A stretch of DNA of 61,552 bases from Rhizobium sp. (GCA_020621905.1 JAHRYZ010000001.1:1-61552); one strand, 5' to 3'; positions 21,150 to 32,235 are shown, numbered from the stretch's first letter. Translations and numbers: made by a program. Notes: generated by a model not told the origin, from the sequence alone.

Positions 21150-22094
21150 TCATCCTGAGATCAGCAGATCCCGAGCGGCACGAAACGCGTTCTGCAGGGC
21201 CGTATGGTCATCGAGCCCCTCAAGGGCGTAGCTGTTGAGGAACTGACGCCCGGCGAACAGCTTGCGGTCGACGTGGCTCAGGTCGGCTTCGTCGCAGACC
21301 TCTTGCCAGTGTTCGGCGATCGCCGTGATCTGGCGCTCGATCAGCGCTGCGGCTTCCACCTCTTTCAGGTGAAAATCAGGCGCGGCCGCAAGGCAGGTTT
21401 TCAGGGTGCTGGCGCGGCCGCCGCCCTTGATCAACATAGCCTGCGTGGCTTCGTTGCGCGTGCGGTTCTGCGGGCAGATGTCATAGGCTGGCGTCAGGGT
21501 CAGCATCTTGCCGTCCCAAAAGGCGGCATGGTTGCGCGCATGGTCGTCGGTTTTGCTGCACAGCACGTTGAAACAGATCCGGCCGTAAAGCTCCTTGAAC
21601 GTGTCCTTGGGATCGCTGAAACGATGGCGGATCAGTTCCGCCAGATCCTCGTTGGAGGCATAGCGCGCCAGCATCTCGTCAAGGCCAAGCATGGTCAGCG
21701 CCGAGACCATCGCGCGCCGTGCCTAGCCAGCCTGTGTGCGCGTGCGGTCGAATCGCTCGATCAGTAGCGCGTCCTTGCGAGCGGCATGGGTCATCGAAAC
21801 TGAAGCTGCGTTGAGCCCACAGGCGCTTGCCAGCTTCATCGCGATGAATTCGGCCTTCACGACGCTATACGTGTCGTTGCTTGCGGAGAATTTGGCGATG
21901 AATTTCTTCGTGCCGTCATTGATCAGCGCCTTGGGGCGCGCGCCGCCGACCGAGGCGCCGTGATTGAGGACCTGGTCGAGCGCGGGCGTAAGAGGGGAGC
22001 CCTTTTCGATGAGTTCCGCCGCTTCCAGGAGTTCGTCCAGCGAGGCTTGCGCGGCAAGGCGGGGGACATCCTCTGTTTCCAGGGCGACGATCAC
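21150..22094 (-). pseudogene. hipA: HipA-like Ser/Thr kinase toxin, 5'-truncated with in-frame nonsense codon
   Basis: SVGGARPKA, IAKF, LLIERFDR, TDDHARNH, LTPAYDI; in-frame TAG at 21723-21725 joins ORFs 21723..22094 and 21150..21710; N-terminal domain and hipB absent. Confidence 0.85.
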
Positions 22095-22102
22095 TGGACA
22101 AT

Positions 22103-22123
22103 ATAGTGGATATAGTCCACTAT
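22103..22123. promoter_or_regulatory. Palindromic operator candidate (copy 1)
   Basis: ATAGTGGA-tatag-TCCACTAT upstream of the ABC ATPase gene. Confidence 0.55.
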
Positions 22124-22183
22124 CTCCCGCGCACGGTAAGTGCTGACCAAGCGAACATAGTTGACAAAAAACAAGGGGAACTT

Positions 22184-23824
22184 ATGTCGCAAACCTCCAC
22201 GTCGGCCGACGTGGTGCTGTCCGTTCGCAATCTCACGGTGGATCTGCCGCCGGGAATGGAGCGCACCCATGCGGTCAAGAACATTTCATTCGATCTCCGT
22301 GCAGGAGAAATCCTCTGCATCATCGGTGAGTCCGGATCGGGAAAATCCGTGACCGCCAACGCGATCATGGGGCTCCTCTCGCCCGTGATCAAAGTCAGCA
22401 CCGGCGAAATCCACTTCAAGGGAATGGACATTCTCGCCGCCCGCGAGGAGACGCTCAGGCCGCTTCGCGGCCAGGCGGTATCGATCATCTTCCAGGACCC
22501 CCTGTCTGCCCTCAATCCGCTGATGACCGTCGGCGACCAGATCGCCGAGGTGCTGGAGGCGCACCGCTATGGTACGGCGGAGAGCCGCAGGCAAAAGGTT
22601 CTCGACCTGCTCGAAGAGGTCGGGCTGCCCGATCCGCCGCTGATGCGTCTGCAATATCCGTTCCGCTTGTCCGGCGGCCAGCGCCAGCGCGTCATGATCG
22701 CCATGGCCCTTGCGCTCGATCCGGACGTGCTGATCGCCGACGAGCCGACGACCGCTCTCGACGTCACCACCCAGGCGCAGATCCTCGATCTCATCCGCAA
22801 GATCCAGAAGCGCAAGGGCATGAGCGTGATGTTCATCACCCACGACTTCGGCGTGGTCGCCGAGATCGCCGACCGGGTCGTGGTGATGGAAAAGGGCTTC
22901 GTGGTGGAGCAGGGCAGGGCGGACCAGGTTCTCGTCCATCCCGCGCATCCCTACACGCAACGCCTCGTCGCCGCCGTACCGCGCATGCGGGCGAACGCCG
23001 GAGCCGTCAGCGAGGAGCCTCCGGTGGTGCTCACGGTCGAAAACCTCGAAAAGGAGTATCGCAGCACCGGGTCATTCTTCCGCAAGGGACGGGTGGTCAA
23101 GGCGGTGGATCGCATCAGCTTCAGCCTGCGCAAGGGCCAGACGCTCGGGGTTGTCGGCGAAAGCGGATCGGGAAAGTCCTCGCTCGGCCGGGTGCTTCTC
23201 AAGCTCCTGGAGCCGGACGGCGGCGCGATCCATTTTGACGGGCGCGACATTGCCCAAATGACGGAAGAGAGTTTCCGGCCGCTTCGGCCCTATATCCAGA
23301 TGATCTTCCAGGATCCCTTCGCCTCGCTCAATCCGCGCCATACGATCGGCAGGATCCTGACGGTCGGGCCGGTGGCGCACGGCACCACGGTTCAGGAGGC
23401 GCGCGCCAAGGCGCTCAGGCTCCTCGCAGTGGTGGGGCTCGACGAGCAGTCCTATGACCGCTTTCCCCACGAGTTCTCCGGCGGCCAGCGCCAGCGCATC
23501 GGGATTGCCCGGGCGCTGATGTTCGATCCGCTGGTCCTGGTGGCTGACGAGGCGGTCTCGGCCCTCGATGTGTCGATCCAGGCGCAGATCCTTGAGCTTC
23601 TGGCCCGGGTGCAGAGGGAGACGAAGGTCGCGATGATCTTCATCACCCACGATCTGCGGGTCGCGAGCCAGATCTGCGACGAGGTGCTGGTCATGCACAA
23701 GGGCGTGGTGGTCGAGCAGGGCCCGCCGACGCGGATCTTCCGCGATCCGCAGCACGACTATACCCGCAAGCTCGTCGCCGCGATCCCCGGCGCCGACTGG
23801 GAACCGGCCGCAGTGGCTGTCTGA
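22184..23824 (+). CDS. Peptide/nickel-type ABC transporter, fused double ATPase
   Basis: Two GESGSGKS Walker A motifs, two SGGQRQR signatures, DEPTTALD and DEAVSALD. Confidence 0.93.
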   Translation: MSQTSTSADVVLSVRNLTVDLPPGMERTHAVKNISFDLRAGEILCIIGESGSGKSVTANAIMGLLSPVIKVSTGEIHFKGMDILAAREETLRPLRGQAVSIIFQDPLSALNPLMTVGDQIAEVLEAHRYGTAESRRQKVLDLLEEVGLPDPPLMRLQYPFRLSGGQRQRVMIAMALALDPDVLIADEPTTALDVTTQAQILDLIRKIQKRKGMSVMFITHDFGVVAEIADRVVVMEKGFVVEQGRADQVLVHPAHPYTQRLVAAVPRMRANAGAVSEEPPVVLTVENLEKEYRSTGSFFRKGRVVKAVDRISFSLRKGQTLGVVGESGSGKSSLGRVLLKLLEPDGGAIHFDGRDIAQMTEESFRPLRPYIQMIFQDPFASLNPRHTIGRILTVGPVAHGTTVQEARAKALRLLAVVGLDEQSYDRFPHEFSGGQRQRIGIARALMFDPLVLVADEAVSALDVSIQAQILELLARVQRETKVAMIFITHDLRVASQICDEVLVMHKGVVVEQGPPTRIFRDPQHDYTRKLVAAIPGADWEPAAVAV

Positions 23825-23985
23825 TCACGAACGGCGACCAATGGCGGGGGGTGGCCCCCTCCCACCAGTCCCGTTCCGGCCTTTGCGGCCCTCTTTCCGC
23901 TGGCTTTTCGCAGGGCCGGCGTTGACGCTTCTTTTTGTTAAATCATTGATATTAAAGTGAAAATAATCAAAATTATGCCAAGAAA

Positions 23986-24006
23986 ATAGTTGATATTATC
24001 CACTAA
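23986..24006. promoter_or_regulatory. Palindromic operator candidate (copy 2)
   Basis: ATAGTTGA-tatta-TCCACTAA, 17/21 identical to 22103-22123, in the AT-rich promoter upstream of the MarR gene. Confidence 0.55.
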
Positions 24007-24124
24007 TTGCCCTTTCATATGGGCACGAAATTGCACTACGACATGGCCGGAAGACCCTGACGACGGCGCGCTGGAGAGCGCGTTGCCGGACGGGAGCCCT
24101 TTTGTCCATTCGAACGGAACCCCC

Positions 24125-24607
24125 ATGAGCAAACCGCCTGCCAAACCGCCGACCATGCCGCAGGACATCAACATCGATGTCCTGGAAGATACGCTGAGCT
24201 TCTACATCCGCACCGTCAACATCGCCGTTTCCCGTGATCTCGACGAAAGGCTCGAGGGGCTGGACGTGGCGAAGGGAACCGGAAAGATCACGACATTGCT
24301 GCTGGTCGACGACTATCCGGGCATCCGCCCGTCCGTGATCGCCCATCTGATCCTGAGGGACCGTTCGGCCATGGGCGGCTCATCGACCAGATGGTCGACC
24401 ACGGTCTGATCGGCGCGAAGTCTCGCCCGAAGACAGCCGCGCGCAGGAACTCTACATCACCGAGACGGGGCGGCCCTTGCGGTCAAGGTTCGCGAGATCG
24501 TGCCCAAGCAGTCCCGCGACTTCTTCTCCTTCATTCCGGAAGACGAGCAGAAGCTGCTCATCGACATTCTTCGGCGCGCCTATCGGCGGATTGTGGGGCT
24601 TTCATGA
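24125..24607 (+). CDS. MarR-family regulator (frameshifted around 24380-24480)
   Basis: LSFYIRTVNIAVSRD...PGIRPSVIAHLILRDRSAMG; in other frames EDSRAQELYIT and VREIVPKQSRDFF...RRIVGLS*; TGA overlaps the next ATG. Confidence 0.75.
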
Positions 24608-25317
24608 ACGGTCATCCCAAAGGTTCCGTCGCGCTCATTTCCGGCGCCAGTCGCGGCATCGGCAGCCATGTCGCCGCCGAACTGCTGCAGCAGGGCTGGT
24701 CGGTCTCGCTCGGCATGCGTACGCCGGTCATGCCGGGCTGGGCCGCGGGCCATGAGGACCGGGTTCAGCTTGCGGCCTATGATGCGGGCGACGTGGGCGG
24801 CGAAGCGCGCTGGGTGCGCCAGGCACTCGACCGCTTCGGCCGGATCGACGCGCTGGTCGCCAATGCCGGCATCATGATCCCGAAGACGGTCATCGAAGCC
24901 GATGACGACGACATCGAGGCCATGATGTCGGTCAACGTCAAGACGCCGCGGCGGCTGGCGAAGGCGGCCTGGGAGGCGCTGTGCGCAACGGGCCGGGGCC
25001 GAGTCATCATCCTCGCCTCGCTCTCCGGCAAGCGGGTCAAGTCGGCCGCTGCAGGAAGCTACTCGCTGTCGAAATTTGCGGCCGTCGCGCTTGCGCACGC
25101 CATCCGCCAGACCGGTTTCGACAAGGGCGTGCGCGCCACCGCGGTGTGCCCCGGCTTCGTCGCCACCGACATGGCGGCCGCACTCACCGATCGCGCCAGC
25201 GATCAGCTGACGCAGCCGGACGATCTCGCCCGCATCATCGCCATGCTGCTTTCCCTTCCGAACGAAGCGTCCGTCGCCGAATTCGCCGTCAACTGCCAGC
25301 TTGAGGAATTTTTCTGA
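24604..25317 (+). CDS. Short-chain dehydrogenase/reductase
   Basis: SGASRGIG, VANAGI, YSLSK, CPGFVATDM. Confidence 0.9.
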   Translation: MNGHPKGSVALISGASRGIGSHVAAELLQQGWSVSLGMRTPVMPGWAAGHEDRVQLAAYDAGDVGGEARWVRQALDRFGRIDALVANAGIMIPKTVIEADDDDIEAMMSVNVKTPRRLAKAAWEALCATGRGRVIILASLSGKRVKSAAAGSYSLSKFAAVALAHAIRQTGFDKGVRATAVCPGFVATDMAAALTDRASDQLTQPDDLARIIAMLLSLPNEASVAEFAVNCQLEEFF

Positions 25318-25318
25318 C

Positions 25319-26643
25319 ATGCCCGGTCCTTATGTCGTTCCCGTCCATGGCGATGTCGACCTGCCCAAAGAGGTGGATGTCGTCGTCATCGGTGGCGGGA
25401 TCATCGGAACTTCGACTGCCCTGGAACTTGCGGACAGCGGCCTGAGGGTCGCGCTCTGCGAAAAGGGCGGCATCGGCCACGAGCAATCCAGCCGCAACTG
25501 GGGCTGGGTGCGCATCTCCCGGCGGGACCCGCGCGAGGTGCCGCTGATGGCTGAATCGCTGCGGATCTGGGCTGATCTCAATCGGCGCACGGGTCGCGAG
25601 ACGGGTTTCACGCGATCGGGAATCGTTTTCACCTGCGCGGACGACAAGCAGTTCGATGAGCATGAACGCTGGAACCGGAACCTCGAAGGCTACCAGATCG
25701 AATCCCGCATGCTGAGTGCCGCTGAGTTCAACGCGAAATATCCCGGCAATACGATGAAGATCGCGGGCGCGCTCTACACGGCCGGCGATTGCCGCGCCGA
25801 GCCGCAGAAGGCAGCGCCCGCCATTGCCGAAGCTGCACGCGATCGCGGTGCTCATATCCTCACCGAATGCGCCGTTCGCGGCCTTCAGCTGTCCGGCGGC
25901 CGCGTGTCGGGCGTCGTGACCGAACGGGGGGAGATCGCCTGCAAGTCGGTCGTGCTCGCCGGCGGTGCCTGGTCCAGCCTCTTCCTCGGCAATAACGGCC
26001 TCGACCTGCCGCAGCTGAAGGTCCTGAACTCGGTCCTTCGCACGAAGCCGCTGGAGGGAGGACCGGAGGAGGCCCTGTGGGCGAGCGGCTTTGCGCTGCG
26101 CAAGCGCCAGGACGGCGGCTACACGATCGCCGACGGTTTTCAGAACATCGTCGACATCGTGCCGGATTCCTTCCGCCATGCGCTGAAATTCCGCCGGCCC
26201 TGTCGCATGAATGGCGCTCACTTCGGCTCCGGCTCGGCGGCCGATTCTTCGACGAGGCCCGATTCCGCGGCGCTGGGCGCTGATGAGGCGTCGCCTCGAA
26301 TACAACCGCGTGCTCGATCCCATCCCCCAAGGCCATGGCCGACGCGGCCCTGAAACGCCTGTCGCAGGCCTTCCCGGTGTTCAAGAAGGCCGAGATCGCC
26401 CAGCGCTGGGGCGGCATGATCGACGTGACGCCGGACGCTGTTCCGGTCATCGACGCCATCGACGCGATCCCCGGCTTCCACGTCGCCACCGGTTTTTCCG
26501 GCCATGGCTTCGGCATCGGTCCGGCGGCGGGCCGGCTGATGGCGGATATCGTCACCGGCCGCACACCGCTCGTCGATCGCCGCGATTTCCGTTTCAGCCG
26601 CTTTTCCGATGGTTCGAAGATCGAACTGATCAGCGGCTTCTAA
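25319..26643 (+). CDS. FAD-dependent oxidoreductase, D-amino-acid oxidase/AgaE-like family (frameshifted ~26190-26340)
   Basis: GGGIIG, EQSSRNWGWVR, and C-terminal WGGMIDVTPDAVPVI...GFSGHGFGIGP in ORF 26335..26643. Confidence 0.85.
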
Positions 26644-26779
26644 AGGTGAGGGGGCAGGCGGCCTGGCCGCCTGTCTCCGATGCATGCGGCAGGCAACTGC
26701 CGAGGGGAGGCCTACCGCCCGAAGAGGCGGACGCAACGACATGAGATCAAAGCAATCCATCGGATGAAGGGGAACTAAA

Positions 26780-28444
26780 ATGTCCGAACAGAAAAAGCCG
26801 TTCATGCATACGACACGCCGTCAGGTTCTCGGCCTGCTGGCGCTCGGCACTTCCGGGGTGGTCCTCTCCGGCCTGCCGGGACTGACCCGCGCCCTGGCGC
26901 AGGAATCCAAGACGCCGAAGGGCCAGCTGACCGTCGGCTTCTCGCAGGAGCCCACCGTCTTCAACCCGCACATGCCGCATATCGAGGTCGATGAAGGCAT
27001 TCATTTCAGCATCTTCGACCCGCTCTTCTACGTCGATGAGACGGGCAAGTTCGTCGCCGCGCTCGCCGCCGAGGTTCCGACCGTCGAGAATGGCGGCATT
27101 TCCGCCGATGGTCTGTCGTGGAAGGTGAAGCTGCGCGACGACGTGAAATGGCATGACGGGACGCCGTTCACCGCCGAAGACGTGAAGTTCACCCTCGAAC
27201 TTCTGGTCGATCCCAACTTCCGTTCCTGGCGCAAGACGGGTCATGAACTGGTCCGCGAGCTGACGGTCGTTTCGCCGACCGAGCTCACCTGGAAGATGGA
27301 AAGGCCCTTCGCGCCCTATCCGTCGATCCTCGCGTCCACCTTCATCACCCCGAAGCACATTCTCGGCGCGGAAGCCGACAAGAACACCGCCGCCTACAAC
27401 AATGCGCCAATCGGCACCGGGCCGTTCAAGTGGAAGGAGCGCGTCGCGGGCGACTATATCCTGCTCGAGGCCAACGCCGACTATTTTGCCGACGGCCCCC
27501 ATGTCGAGCGGGTGATCTACAAATACATTCCAGATCTCAACGTCATGTACACGCAGTTCAAGACCGGCGACATCGACGTGGTCGGCCTGCAGTGGATCAC
27601 GCCCGACCACTATGACGAAGCCAAGGCGCTCGAAGGCAAGGTCGTGACCGTCGATCCGGCCTCCACCGTCGAGTCCTTCACCTTCAACATGGAACGTCCG
27701 CAGTTCAAGGATCCGGCGGTGCGCGAGGCGCTCTACCATGCGATCGACAAGCAATCGATCATCGATGCGCTCTACTACGGCCTGCCGACGCCGACCGAAA
27801 GCTACATGCCGCAGCAGTCGATCTACTACAATCCGGACCTGCCGAAGCACGAATATTCGATGGACAAGGCCAAGCAACTGCTCGACGACGCCGGCTGGGC
27901 GCCGGGCGCCGACGGAATCCGCGCCAAGGACGGCGTGAAGCTCGCCTTCACCTGCTCGACCACGGCGGGCAACCACATCCGCGAACAGGTGCAGCAGTAC
28001 ATGCAGCAGTCGTTCAAGGATCTCGGCGTGGAGATGACCATCTCCAACCTGCCGCCGGCCGTCATGTGGGGCGACTACTGGATGCTCTCGCAGTTCGACA
28101 CGGTCATCGTCGGCCTCGACTTCCTGACCGGGCCTGATCCGGACACCTCCGACTTCTTCCGCTCCACCTCCAGCCCGGCCAAGGGCGGCTCCGGCCAGAA
28201 CACCTGGCAGTACGCCAACCAGGAAGTGGACGACCTGCTGGCCAAGGGCGGCAGCCTCTTCGTGCCGGAGGACCGCAAGGTCGCCTATCTGAAGATCCAG
28301 GAGATCATGCGCAAGGAACTGCCGTTCCTGCCGCTCTTCCAGTACGCCAAGGTGCGTGGCCACCGGCAGGGTATCGAGAACGTCAAGTTCAACATCAACA
28401 CCCGCATCGACACCTGGAACGTCGGAAGCTGGAGCCTGAGCTGA
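26780..28444 (+). CDS. Peptide ABC transporter substrate-binding protein (family 5), Tat signal
   Basis: TRRQVLGLL; LRDDVKWHDGTPFTAEDVKFT; PIGTGPFK. Confidence 0.92.
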   Translation: MSEQKKPFMHTTRRQVLGLLALGTSGVVLSGLPGLTRALAQESKTPKGQLTVGFSQEPTVFNPHMPHIEVDEGIHFSIFDPLFYVDETGKFVAALAAEVPTVENGGISADGLSWKVKLRDDVKWHDGTPFTAEDVKFTLELLVDPNFRSWRKTGHELVRELTVVSPTELTWKMERPFAPYPSILASTFITPKHILGAEADKNTAAYNNAPIGTGPFKWKERVAGDYILLEANADYFADGPHVERVIYKYIPDLNVMYTQFKTGDIDVVGLQWITPDHYDEAKALEGKVVTVDPASTVESFTFNMERPQFKDPAVREALYHAIDKQSIIDALYYGLPTPTESYMPQQSIYYNPDLPKHEYSMDKAKQLLDDAGWAPGADGIRAKDGVKLAFTCSTTAGNHIREQVQQYMQQSFKDLGVEMTISNLPPAVMWGDYWMLSQFDTVIVGLDFLTGPDPDTSDFFRSTSSPAKGGSGQNTWQYANQEVDDLLAKGGSLFVPEDRKVAYLKIQEIMRKELPFLPLFQYAKVRGHRQGIENVKFNINTRIDTWNVGSWSLS

Positions 28445-28570
28445 TCGTTGCAATGCCGGGCTCTTCGGAGCCCGGCCATCCACCGCGGCCGGCCCTAACG
28501 CGCCGGCGCGCCGTCCATTGCCGCTGACGATCCTCTGTCGTGTCCGCTCGACTGACCCGGAGTTACGCCC

Positions 28571-29521
28571 ATGCTGACCTATCTACTGAACCGGCTCTCG
28601 CAGAGCCTCGTGCTGCTCGTGCTGGTCTCGATCATCGGCTTTGCCGTCCTGAACCTCGCGCCCGGCGGGCCGCTGTCGCAGTTTGCCTTGACGCCCGGCA
28701 TGACGCGTGAGGCGCTCGACCGCATCGCCCAGCAGATGGGCCTCGACCGCCCGCTGCCGATCCAATATTTCGACTGGGCCTGGCGCCTCCTGCAGGGGGA
28801 CTGGGGCAAGTCCTATCGCGATCAAAGACCCGTCCTGGAGATCATCTCCGGCCATCTGTTCGCAACTCTGCTGCTGATGGTCTCGTCGACGCTGATCTCG
28901 ATCCTGATCGGCACGTGGATCGGCATCAAGGGAGCGACGAAGCGCTATTCGCTCTTCGACTACACCGCCACCGTCGGCGCCATGGTCGCACTCTCGATCC
29001 CGACCTTCTGGTTCGGCCTCGTCGCCATCTACGTCTTCGCGCTGAAGCTCAAGTGGCTGCCGGCCGGCAACATGTACACGATCGGCGACCAGTCGCTCTA
29101 CGACTACGCCATCCATTTGATAATGCCGAGCCTCGTGCTCGCCCTCGTCAACATCGCGGTGTGGAGCCGCTACATGCGGACGGCGACGCTCGACGTCATC
29201 AACCAGGACTTCGTGCGCACGGCACGGGCGAAGGGGCTGACGCCGCGCCGGGTGCTGATGAAACACGTGGTCGGCAATGCGCTGCTGCCGATGATCACGC
29301 TTGCCGGGCTGCAGCTTCCGACCATTCTCGGCGGTGCGCTCGTCACGGAAACGGTCTTCACCTGGCCGGGCATGGGGCGCCTTTTCCTCGATAGCCTCGG
29401 CTACCATGACTATCCGGTGGTGATGGGCCTGCTGATGTTTTCCGCCATTCTCGTGCTGTTCGGCAGTCTGCTCGCCGACCTGCTGGTCGCCCTCGTCGAT
29501 CCTCGCATCCGGCTCGGATGA
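28571..29521 (+). CDS. ABC transporter permease (DppB/OppB-like)
   Basis: GLDRPLPIQYFDW, DFVRTARAKGL, ETVFTWPGMG. Confidence 0.92.
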   Translation: MLTYLLNRLSQSLVLLVLVSIIGFAVLNLAPGGPLSQFALTPGMTREALDRIAQQMGLDRPLPIQYFDWAWRLLQGDWGKSYRDQRPVLEIISGHLFATLLLMVSSTLISILIGTWIGIKGATKRYSLFDYTATVGAMVALSIPTFWFGLVAIYVFALKLKWLPAGNMYTIGDQSLYDYAIHLIMPSLVLALVNIAVWSRYMRTATLDVINQDFVRTARAKGLTPRRVLMKHVVGNALLPMITLAGLQLPTILGGALVTETVFTWPGMGRLFLDSLGYHDYPVVMGLLMFSAILVLFGSLLADLLVALVDPRIRLG

Positions 29522-29562
29522 AGCCTGTTCCGCGACAGCTGCCGTCACACATAGGAGAGATC

Positions 29563-30453
29563 ATGTCCGCCGCAACGCTCCCTTCCTCCGCTGCCGCAGC
29601 CAGTTCCCGCTGGTGGCAGGGCCGCACGGTCCGCCGGTTTGCCCGTCACAAGCTCGCCGTGGTCGGCCTCGTCATGATCAGCATGATGATCCTTGCTTGC
29701 GTGTTCGGGCCGCACATCCTGCCCTATGACGAACTCTATATCGACCTGCGCGCCCGGTTCGCTCCGCCGCTGACCGGCTATCACATCTTCGGCACGGATC
29801 CGCTGGGCCGCGATATCGCCGCCCGCCTGTTCAACGCCGGCCGCATCTCGCTGCTGGTCGGCTTTTTCGCCATGATCCTGTCGACGCTGATCGGCACGGT
29901 GATCGGTGTCGTCGCCGGCTATTACGGCGGCCGGGTCGGCGCCGTGCTGATGCGTTTCGTCGACGCCTTCCTGTCCTTCCCCAGCATCTTCCTGCTGCTG
30001 GCGCTGGCGGCCTTCGTCAAGCCCAGCCCCTTCACGATCACCGTGATCATCGCCGTCACGAGCTGGATGGAGATCGCCCGGCTGGTCGAGGCGGAGGTGC
30101 GTTCGCTGCGGGAACGCGATTTCGTTCTGGCGGCGCGCATGGTGGGGCTGCCCAACGGCTGGATCATGTTCCGCGAGCTTCTGCCGAACGCGGTCGGGCC
30201 GATCATCGTCGCGGCCACGCTGACGGTCGCCCGCGCCATCCTGCTCGAAGCCTATATCAGCTTCCTCGGCTACGGCATCCAGCCGCCCCTGCCGAGCTGG
30301 GGCAACATGCTCAACGGTGCGCAGCAATATCTCGACAAGGCGCCCTGGCTTGCCATCGTTCCCGGTGTGGCGATCACGCTCGCGGTCACCAGCTTCAACT
30401 TCATCGGCGACGGCCTGCGCGACGCGCTCGACGCCCGCAGCGATCTGAACTGA
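29563..30453 (+). CDS. ABC transporter permease (DppC/OppC-like)
   Basis: HIFGTDPLGRD, FVLAARMVG, SFLGYGIQPPLPSWG, IGDGLRDALD. Confidence 0.92.
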   Translation: MSAATLPSSAAAASSRWWQGRTVRRFARHKLAVVGLVMISMMILACVFGPHILPYDELYIDLRARFAPPLTGYHIFGTDPLGRDIAARLFNAGRISLLVGFFAMILSTLIGTVIGVVAGYYGGRVGAVLMRFVDAFLSFPSIFLLLALAAFVKPSPFTITVIIAVTSWMEIARLVEAEVRSLRERDFVLAARMVGLPNGWIMFRELLPNAVGPIIVAATLTVARAILLEAYISFLGYGIQPPLPSWGNMLNGAQQYLDKAPWLAIVPGVAITLAVTSFNFIGDGLRDALDARSDLN

Positions 30454-30464
30454 GGGAGCGGACC

Positions 30465-31790
30465 ATGGCGGCCTTTTCGCCCTTCGACGTCACGCTCTGG
30501 TATGCGACGGCAAGACCCGCACCCCGGACCGAGCCTCTGGCCGCTGCGGCGAAGGCCGATGTCTGCATCGTCGGTGCCGGCTATGCGGGACTGACGACGG
30601 CGCTCGAACTCGCCAAGGCCGGCGTCAGCGTCGTGGTGCTGGAGCGCGAAGAGGCGGGCTTTGGCGGTTCGGGTCGCAATGCCGGCCATTGCACGCCGAC
30701 CTTCACCCACTACAGCCTGCCCGAACTGAGGGACATGCTGGGCGAGCCTTGGGCGGAGCGGCTGATCGAGCGACAGACCCGGGCAAATGACCGCGTCTCG
30801 GCGATGATCCGCGACTACCAGATCAACTGCGAATGGGTGCAGAACGGCTATGTCATGGGCGCGCCGCACAGGGGCGCGCTCGACGAGATCAGGCACAAGG
30901 TCGAGACCTACAATGCGGTGGGGGCACGGACCCGCCTGATCGGCCGGGACGAGGTCGCGGCGATCACCGGCAGCCCGCGTTTTCACGGCGGATGGCTGCA
31001 CGAGGAGGCGGGCCATCTCAATCCGCTGAGCTATGCCCGGGGCCTTGCCGGTGCCGTCCTGCAGGAGGGCGGCAGGATCTTCACCGGATCGGCGGCGCTT
31101 TCCTGCGACCGCCATGCCGGCGGCGGCTGGGAGGTGAGGACGGAGCAGGGCCATGCGATCGCCGACAAGGTCATCTTCACCACCGGCGCCTACACGGTCG
31201 GCGGCTGGCCGAAGCTCGACCGCACGTTCAAGATCCAGCGCGTCTTCGTCGCCGCGACCCAGGTGCTCTCTGAGGAGACGCACCGGACCGTCCTGCCGCG
31301 CAACACGACGATCCACGACGGGCGCGGCGACATCTACGTCTACAAGTACAATGCCGAAGGCCGGATCGTCGCCTCGATGTTCCCGATGGGAAGGCGCGGC
31401 CGCGATATTGCCTATACGCGCCAGGTGATGAGCGATCGGCTGAAGTGGCTGCATCCGCAGATCCACGAAGAGATCCGCTGGGAGTATTTCTGGTTCGGCG
31501 AGCTCGACATGCAGTACCGCACGGTGCCGCGTTTCTACGACCTGGCGCCCGGCGTCGTGGCGCTCACGGGTCTGTCGGGCCGCGGCGTGCCGACCGGTTC
31601 GATGCTCGGCTCGATCCTGTCGGAATGGGCGCTCGGCAAGCCGCAGAACGAACTCGCGCTGAAGCTCGAGCCGCTGGCCGCAGCACCCTTCTACATGAAT
31701 TTCGGCCCCGCGCTGACGCTTCGCTACTACCGACTGCGCGACAACCTCCAGACCCGGCTTTCCGGAGCGGACCTGCCGCCGCACGCCTGA
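30465..31790 (+). CDS. FAD-dependent oxidoreductase (PuuB/DadA-like)
   Basis: DVCIVGAGYAGL, GGSGRNAG, GHLNPLSYARGLA, SGRGVPTG. Confidence 0.88.
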   Translation: MAAFSPFDVTLWYATARPAPRTEPLAAAAKADVCIVGAGYAGLTTALELAKAGVSVVVLEREEAGFGGSGRNAGHCTPTFTHYSLPELRDMLGEPWAERLIERQTRANDRVSAMIRDYQINCEWVQNGYVMGAPHRGALDEIRHKVETYNAVGARTRLIGRDEVAAITGSPRFHGGWLHEEAGHLNPLSYARGLAGAVLQEGGRIFTGSAALSCDRHAGGGWEVRTEQGHAIADKVIFTTGAYTVGGWPKLDRTFKIQRVFVAATQVLSEETHRTVLPRNTTIHDGRGDIYVYKYNAEGRIVASMFPMGRRGRDIAYTRQVMSDRLKWLHPQIHEEIRWEYFWFGELDMQYRTVPRFYDLAPGVVALTGLSGRGVPTGSMLGSILSEWALGKPQNELALKLEPLAAAPFYMNFGPALTLRYYRLRDNLQTRLSGADLPPHA

Positions 31791-31853
31791 CCCTTCACCT
31801 CGAGAAGCCCGCCGCCGCGCGGGCCGACACCACGGACAACCAAGGAGACTGCC

Positions 31854-32201
31854 ATGAGCATGCCGATCTACAACATTGCCGACGACATCGACCTGACCCC
31901 CGCCATGCCGGCCGAGGGGCGCGAGGGCGGTTCCTATCGCCGGGCGATCTGGCAGGATCCGATGGAGAACGGCACGATCGTCGCGGTGTGGAAGGCCGAG
32001 CCCGGCATCTACAACTATCCGGGCCGTGATCTCGAAGAGACGTTCGTCGTCGTCGAAGGCGAGGCGATGTATGCGCAGGCGGAGGAGGAGCCGGTGAAGA
32101 TCGGCCCCGGTTCGATCGTCAGCATCGCCAAAGGCGTGCCGAGCCGTCTGGAGATCCTGTCGCCCTTCCGCAAGCTCGCAACCGTCGTTCCGAAGCCCTA
32201 A
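31854..32201 (+). CDS. Cupin domain protein (DUF861/EutQ-like)
   Basis: VWKAEPG...EETFVVVEGEA...IGPGSIVSIAKG; AAGGAG RBS. Confidence 0.8.
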   Translation: MSMPIYNIADDIDLTPAMPAEGREGGSYRRAIWQDPMENGTIVAVWKAEPGIYNYPGRDLEETFVVVEGEAMYAQAEEEPVKIGPGSIVSIAKGVPSRLEILSPFRKLATVVPKP

Positions 32202-32235
32202 AAGGCTCCGCTCGCCGACGCGCCTGGCGGAACGT

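Noticed and set aside
28455-28476. gccgggctc-TTCG-gagcccggc hairpin after the SBP gene
   Set aside because: Ordinary intercistronic stabilising stem-loop typical of ABC operons
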